Shown here one piece after another: positions 58,678 to 64,000 of a stretch of DNA of 64,000 nucleotides; the first letter of the stretch is position 1, and every line of letters starts with the position of its first letter. A program made the position numbers and the translations under genes. The DNA comes from Gammaproteobacteria bacterium (lineage in GTDB: Bacteria > Pseudomonadota > Gammaproteobacteria > SZUA-152), in contig JAKISS010000009.1 in assembly GCA_021648485.1 (NCBI GenBank), positions 2,061-66,060 on the forward strand. The letters run 5' to 3'. The notes beneath the pieces were generated by a model. It did not search any database, had not been told where the DNA came from, and was given only the letters and a program-made list of their open reading frames with translations.

Positions 58678-59493
58678 ATGCCTGAACTGCCCGAAGTTGA
58701 AACTACCCGTCGGGGAATCAGTCCTCATATCATTGGCAAAACTGTAGAGGCCGTTGTGTTACGCCACACGCAATTGCGCTGGCCGATCCCTGCGCGACTA
58801 AAAAGTGTTTTGCCGGGGCAAGTGATATCGGATGTTGGCCGTCGGGGAAAATATCTGTTTTTACACACAGTCGTAGGCAGCGTTATTATTCATCTGGGTA
58901 TGTCTGGCAGTTTACGGCTGGCAAACAAAAAAGAAACGGTGGGCAAACACGATCACGTCGATATTGTATTTGCCAGTGACTGTATTTTACGTCTGCGCGA
59001 CCCTCGTCGTTTTGGTGCCGTATTGTGGACCAGCCGCTCACCCGATAAACATAAACTTATCGCCTCGTTAGGACCGGAGCCTCTGGACGATGTGTTTACT
59101 GTGGATTATCTATTTCAACGATCACGCAAACGTCAGCTGGCCATCAAACCCTTCATTATGGACAGTAAAACCGTGGTGGGAGTGGGCAACATTTATGCCA
59201 GCGAGGCGTTATTTCGTGCCGGTATCAGGCCGGGTACAGCAGCGGGCCGGGTTAGCCGGGAACGCTATCAACGATTGGTTTTGGCAATAAAGGCCGTACT
59301 GACATCTGCCATTGAAGCCGGTGGCACCACCCTGCGTGATTTTGTCAGCAGTGAAGGTAAGCCTGGGTATTTTCAACAAAAATTACAGGTCTATGGTCGT
59401 GCTAGTGAACCGTGTGATGTTTGCGGAACAACTATCAAACATATTCAGCAAGCACAACGGGCGAGTTATTATTGTCCGCATTGTCAGCGTTAG
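58678..59493 (+). CDS. mutM: Formamidopyrimidine-DNA glycosylase
   Basis: MPELPEVETTRRGI with the catalytic N-terminal Pro, an H2TH region, and the C-terminal zinc finger CDVCG...CPHCQR. It is intact at 271 aa. Confidence 0.95.
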   Translation: MPELPEVETTRRGISPHIIGKTVEAVVLRHTQLRWPIPARLKSVLPGQVISDVGRRGKYLFLHTVVGSVIIHLGMSGSLRLANKKETVGKHDHVDIVFASDCILRLRDPRRFGAVLWTSRSPDKHKLIASLGPEPLDDVFTVDYLFQRSRKRQLAIKPFIMDSKTVVGVGNIYASEALFRAGIRPGTAAGRVSRERYQRLVLAIKAVLTSAIEAGGTTLRDFVSSEGKPGYFQQKLQVYGRASEPCDVCGTTIKHIQQAQRASYYCPHCQR

Positions 59494-59642
59494 CATATGA
59501 AAAAATCATTTTTTTCAGAAAATACTTCCCGTACTTTTTTCAGCGCTGAGGAATGAGGAAATTTTAGTAAAAATTTGGTACTGTCTCCGTCATTTTACAG
59601 CCCTGTTTAATTCTGTTTAATCTCATCGTAAGGAAAAGCGTC

Positions 59643-60113
59643 ATGCCCACACTGCATGTCACTGATAAATTCGAAAAACTACCTGATTTCGTCGCCCAAC
59701 AGTGCTCTGGAGCGACCACCATGCAGCAAGCGTCCATATGCAGGATTCTGGCAAAATACAACGGGCACTATACCAACCGCCCCCTGTTTGCCAATGAATG
59801 TCTGGCGATTCCTGAAGACCTGGAGCAACAACTCAAACGCCGTACACCCCGGGTAAATGGCATCGGACCACGGTTTACTCCACAAGAAAGCCAAGTGTTG
59901 AGTAAGCTGTTACAACGATACAGCGGCGATGAAATTCTGGCCATGAGCAACATTGTAGACACGTTGCCGGAAAGTGGGAGTCGGCAATATTTACGCCAGC
60001 GAGGCGTTATTTCGTGCGGGTATCAGACCGGGCACAACGGCGGGACGGGTCAGCCGGGAACGCTATCATCGATTGGTTTTAGCCATAAAAACCGTGCTGA
60101 AATCTGCCATTGA
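59643..60113 (+). CDS. Hypothetical ORF, probably a truncated gene; its last ~45 codons are out-of-frame read-through into the mutM fragment
   Basis: Only the first ~110 codons (59643 to about 59973) are unique sequence. The stretch [27 protein letters not shown] faintly resembles the start of a LuxR/GerE-type HTH that is cut off at the junction. Confidence 0.3.
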   Translation: MPTLHVTDKFEKLPDFVAQQCSGATTMQQASICRILAKYNGHYTNRPLFANECLAIPEDLEQQLKRRTPRVNGIGPRFTPQESQVLSKLLQRYSGDEILAMSNIVDTLPESGSRQYLRQRGVISCGYQTGHNGGTGQPGTLSSIGFSHKNRAEICH

Positions 60114-60291
60114 AGCCGGTGGCACTACTCTGCGTGATTTTGTCAGCAGTGAAGGTAAGCCGGGGTATTTCCAACAAAAATTACAGGTTTACGGTCGCGC
60201 GGGTGAACCGTGTGATACTTGTGGAAAAACCATTAAACACATTCAGCAAGCGCAACGGGCGAGTTATTATTGTCCGTATTGTCAGCATTGA
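59974..60291 (+). pseudogene. Orphan, divergent copy of the mutM 3' end (last 105 codons)
   Basis: [104 protein letters not shown] aligns without gaps to MutM residues 167-271. There are 9 substitutions and no upstream mutM sequence. Confidence 0.85.
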
Positions 60292-60654
60292 AATCGGCAG
60301 CACACATCGAACGTATAAAACCTGACGCATTTTTAACGCGATTGAACACATCGTAGGCAAGTCTGAGTCTCAAGCAACCCTTGGTAATAAATCATCTTTT
60401 TTTCTGGCAAAAAAGTCCGTATCCTGCGTCAATCACAGCCTGAAAAAACAACAGGCAACATAACTGAAAAAAAGCGGTAATTAGCTTGAGTAATACTGCT
60501 GTGCATAATATTTCATGCCTCTGCACTTGACTCAGCCGATTCACTTTTTATCAGCATTTAGCGACTGTAACGGGCATTTTTCCGTCCAACTTATGGTCTG
60601 GCTGAGTTAAATACATAGGCATATAATATTTAAACAAACATCAGCGAGACTCAA

Positions 60655-63600
60655 ATGCCTACTCAAATTGATATCTGGTATGGAACAACCCAAAACTTCG
60701 GCACCATCGGCACTCCGCAAAGATGGGTGAATGTGCTAGGCAATGTGTCTGACCCGGACGGTGTTGCCTCTCTTCACTACGCCCTCAATAATGGCCCAGA
60801 CGTTACGTTGGGCATTGGCGCAGACATATATCGTTTGGCCAATAGTGGTGATTTTAATATTGAAATTGATACTAATATTGATGCTGACAACAACACTTTA
60901 CGGGTGGGTGCCAACTCTCTGGTCATAACAGCTGTGAACAATTTAGGTGATACCACCGAGCAGACTGTGACCGTGAATTATCACAATGACAGCGAATGGC
61001 CCACCACCTATTCCATCGACTGGGCCAGTGTCGGCAACATCCAGAATGTTGCGCAGGTTGTGGATGGGAAATGGGATCTTTCATTAAGCGGGGTACGCCC
61101 GGTTGAGCTGGGATATGACCGACTCATTGCCATTGGTGAAATAAACTGGACTGATTACGAAATTACCGTTCCGCTGACCGTGCATTCTATTGACCCAGCG
61201 GGTTACGCCTCTCCGAGCAACGGCCCAGGCGTGGGTATACTGATGGGGTGGCTGGGACATAACGATGACAATGTACAACGAACACAGCCGAAAACGGGTT
61301 GGCGACCGATTGGTGCCCTGGGCTGGTACAGATGGCGGAGTGAAACCAATGAAAGACTGAATTTACTGGGAATTGAGGGTGGTACCCTGCAAAGAAACAC
61401 CACACTGCGGTTGCAGTTTGGTCTGCCTTATATGATGAAAATGAGAGTAAAAAGCAATGCTGGCCAGGGAAATACCTACAGCCTGAAATGGTGGGAAGCG
61501 GGACAGAGCGAGCCTGCGGAATGGGACTTGCAGGGAACTGGTCAGCTGACCTCACCACAAGAAGGCTCGTTGATGCTGGTAGCACACCACGCCGATGTTG
61601 AATTCGGCAATCTCTCCATCGAGCCCATCAACACCATTGGAGCCATCATCGGGAGTATTAATGAAGAGACGGGTACCACCACGGCAACCATTACCTGGAC
61701 AACAGACGAACCCGCCACAGCAAACATTCAGTACGGCGAAGATGCCACCTACGGCTCATCGACCGGCAGCTCAGGTTTTAACACCAATCACAGTCTGACG
61801 ATCAGCGGGCTGCTGCCCGGTCAGACCGTGCATTATGTAATCACTGTGGTGGATACGGATGGCAACATCACCACCAGTGAAGGCCGTTCATTTGTCACCA
61901 AAACGAATAATCCACCAGTGCAAGGCAGCCTGTCGGATAACTTTGACAGCACGCCACTTAACACAGCCAAGTGGACATTTGTTGACCCGGCAGGAGACTC
62001 GCTGGTCAGTATCAGTGATGGCCAACTGGCGCTCTCCGTCAATGGCGGTGTGGCACATGATGTCTGGACTGGCGACAACAACACGGCACGGATCACTCAA
62101 ATGTTGCCCGACGAGGATTTTTTCGTCGAAATCAAATTTGACTCAACCCCCTCACAGCGGTATCAAATCCAGGGATTGCTGATTGAACAGGACAACGGTC
62201 GTTTCATCCGCTTTGACTTCTTCAGCGATGGCTCAAATCTCCAGGTATTTGCCGCTTCATTTCAAAGTGGTACGCCCACCATCCGGATCCGTGACATTAT
62301 CGCCTCAGGAAACCCGCTGTACATGCGAGTCCGGCGTATCAGCGACCAATGGACTCAGGAATATTCCTACGATGGTGCAGGCTGGCAAACCGCCGGCAGT
62401 TTTACCTACAACCTGACCGTGAACTCAGCCAGCCTGTTTAGCGGAAATGCCGGGGGAAATGCCCCTGCCTACACTGCTCTGGTTGACTATTACTGGATTG
62501 ACCAGGACATACCGGTTGATGCCAGCGCACCGCAAATCCGCAATGTGCAGGTGGCCGTCAGCGCCAACGAAGCAATCATTACCTGGGACACCGACGAACC
62601 CGCCAACAGCTCACTCGCCTATGGACTGAGCACGGCCTACGACATTGGCAGCATCGACAACGCAGAGATGGTCACGTCACACAGCGCCATACTATCCGGC
62701 CTGACCACTGACACGCAGTATCATTTTCAGATTACCGTCACCGATGCCAGCGATAATGCAAACAGCTCAGAAAACCAAACCCTGACACCGATAGTTGATG
62801 AAACCCCGCCGATGATCAGTGACATTCAGACAGACAATATCACCCTATCGGGAGCCACCATCAGCTGGGTCACCGATGAACCGGCCACATCCAGTATCGA
62901 ATATGGCACAGACCCCACCTATGGCTCCGTGGTCAACAATGCCAGCCTGAACCTCACCCACAACCTGTTACTCACAGGATTCTCGCCGGGCCAGACTGTG
63001 TACTACCGAATCACCTCCGTGGATGCCAGTGGAAACGGGGCGGTATCAGCAGGCCAGTCTCTGATCACATTAGAGGGCGACGGTCCGGCACCGGGAGCAT
63101 TATCCGATGAATTTACAGGGGGCACACTGGACCTGACACAATGGACCTTCATTGACCCGGTGGGTGATTCATCCGTCAACGCCAACAACGGTCAGCTTGC
63201 CCTGTCTGTGGGCGGTGGCATCTCGCACAATGTCTGGATTGGCGGCAATGACTCAGCGCGAGTGACACACACAGCAGCCGATCAAAACTTCTTTGCTGAA
63301 ATAAAATTTGACACCATTCCAACGCAGCGATATCAGCTTCAGGGTTTACTGGTCGAACAAAGCGAGACAGATTTTGTCCGGTTTGATTTCTACAGCGACG
63401 GGAACAACCTCAAAATTTTTGCGGCCACATTTCAGGCGGGCCAGCCAACGGTCAGGGTAAATGCTACTATCGCAAGTGGCGAGCTGTTGTATATGCGTGT
63501 TCGGCGTGTGGATGACCAATGGACCCTGGAATACTCATACAATGGCGTGGACTGGCAAACAGCCGTGACGTTTGCACACACGCTCAGTGTGACCTCAACG

Positions 63601-63681
63601 AGCCTGTTTGCCGGAAATGCCGGGGAAAACGTCCCTGCCTACACCGCTCTGGTTGATTATTATCGGACAGATGCACAATAA
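60655..63681 (+). CDS. Large modular protein: N-terminal jelly-roll-like region, 3 FN3-like modules and 2 duplicated LamG/ConA-like modules
   Basis: 1008 aa. FN3-like modules carry ITWTTDEPATANIQYG, ITWDTDEPANSSLAYG and ISWVTDEPATSSIEYG. Two ~195-aa paralogous blocks (61927-62507 and 63097-63678) share W(T)F(V/I)DP.GDS...GQLALSV.GG..H(D/N)VW...FF.EIKFD..P.QRYQ.QGLL.EQ. There is no obvious N-terminal signal peptide. Confidence 0.75.
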   Translation: MPTQIDIWYGTTQNFGTIGTPQRWVNVLGNVSDPDGVASLHYALNNGPDVTLGIGADIYRLANSGDFNIEIDTNIDADNNTLRVGANSLVITAVNNLGDTTEQTVTVNYHNDSEWPTTYSIDWASVGNIQNVAQVVDGKWDLSLSGVRPVELGYDRLIAIGEINWTDYEITVPLTVHSIDPAGYASPSNGPGVGILMGWLGHNDDNVQRTQPKTGWRPIGALGWYRWRSETNERLNLLGIEGGTLQRNTTLRLQFGLPYMMKMRVKSNAGQGNTYSLKWWEAGQSEPAEWDLQGTGQLTSPQEGSLMLVAHHADVEFGNLSIEPINTIGAIIGSINEETGTTTATITWTTDEPATANIQYGEDATYGSSTGSSGFNTNHSLTISGLLPGQTVHYVITVVDTDGNITTSEGRSFVTKTNNPPVQGSLSDNFDSTPLNTAKWTFVDPAGDSLVSISDGQLALSVNGGVAHDVWTGDNNTARITQMLPDEDFFVEIKFDSTPSQRYQIQGLLIEQDNGRFIRFDFFSDGSNLQVFAASFQSGTPTIRIRDIIASGNPLYMRVRRISDQWTQEYSYDGAGWQTAGSFTYNLTVNSASLFSGNAGGNAPAYTALVDYYWIDQDIPVDASAPQIRNVQVAVSANEAIITWDTDEPANSSLAYGLSTAYDIGSIDNAEMVTSHSAILSGLTTDTQYHFQITVTDASDNANSSENQTLTPIVDETPPMISDIQTDNITLSGATISWVTDEPATSSIEYGTDPTYGSVVNNASLNLTHNLLLTGFSPGQTVYYRITSVDASGNGAVSAGQSLITLEGDGPAPGALSDEFTGGTLDLTQWTFIDPVGDSSVNANNGQLALSVGGGISHNVWIGGNDSARVTHTAADQNFFAEIKFDTIPTQRYQLQGLLVEQSETDFVRFDFYSDGNNLKIFAATFQAGQPTVRVNATIASGELLYMRVRRVDDQWTLEYSYNGVDWQTAVTFAHTLSVTSTSLFAGNAGENVPAYTALVDYYRTDAQ

Positions 63682-63904
63682 TGATTCCGGAAAGAGGTTC
63701 TCAGGAGTCTTTTTCCCATAGCTGAAAAAACCCTCCTGCTTATTCGATTGCGCTACCGTAAAGGGAGAATAGCGCACTGATGTGAACTGAATCGACTGAT
63801 TTCCAATTAAAGTTGGAGGTGGATCGGTTATTATTCCTCATTGCACTTCGCCAGTTACACAACTCAACCCACATTCAACAGACCGCTCAACTGCGGACAC
63901 CAAA

Positions 63905-64000
63905 ATGAAGCAATTCCCGTCAAAATTATCGGTACGCCAGCATGACTTTATACTGTTTGCCATCATGGGCATTTTGGCGGGTTGTGGACTTATTTATGAA
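63905..64000 (+). CDS. 5' end of a membrane protein gene; continues beyond the window
   Basis: MKQFPSKLSVRQHDFILFAIMGILAGCGLIYE. The hydrophobic segment ending in LIYE resembles the N-terminus of spermidine-synthase-like membrane proteins, but it is too short to call. Confidence 0.35.
   Translation, partial: MKQFPSKLSVRQHDFILFAIMGILAGCGLIYE

Noticed and set aside
59604-59625. A tandem ctgtttaat(t/c) direct repeat just upstream of ORF 59643 could be a recombinase or regulator binding site.
   Set aside because: There are only two 9-10-nt copies in AT-rich DNA, which is easily chance. It is kept only as context for the mutM finding.

Overview
The window looks like a chromosomal segment of a gammaproteobacterium. 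tRNA-Thr and tRNA-Arg closely resemble their E. coli counterparts, and G+C is roughly 50% by eye. Most of it is housekeeping: aceE-aceF, rsmE, pyrC-rnt, grxD, thiO, mdh, malic enzyme, rpmE, pip, dtd, phosphoribulokinase and mutM. Conserved operons include MoxR-DUF58-transglutaminase and an ABC-2/GldG-like transporter with DUF4340. Small accessory or decayed patches interrupt this: a degraded ISAs1-family IS, a degraded ISAzo13-family IS abutting an ATP-grasp gene fragment, an asnB pseudogene split by a MITE, and an AT-rich islet carrying a methyltransferase and a PEP-CTERM protein. Three large repeat-rich surface-type proteins are also present. I found no CRISPR array, no rRNA, and no clear multi-gene defence or secretion system. 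The most unusual items are a divergent duplicated mutM 3' end flanking a small foreign insert, a truncated-haemoglobin/2Fe-2S-FNR reductase pair next to divergent NsrR with a matching operator, an 8 x 51-aa tandem-repeat lipoprotein, and a dispersed intergenic repeat/hairpin family. All functional names come from motif recognition by eye on the supplied translations. No database search was run.
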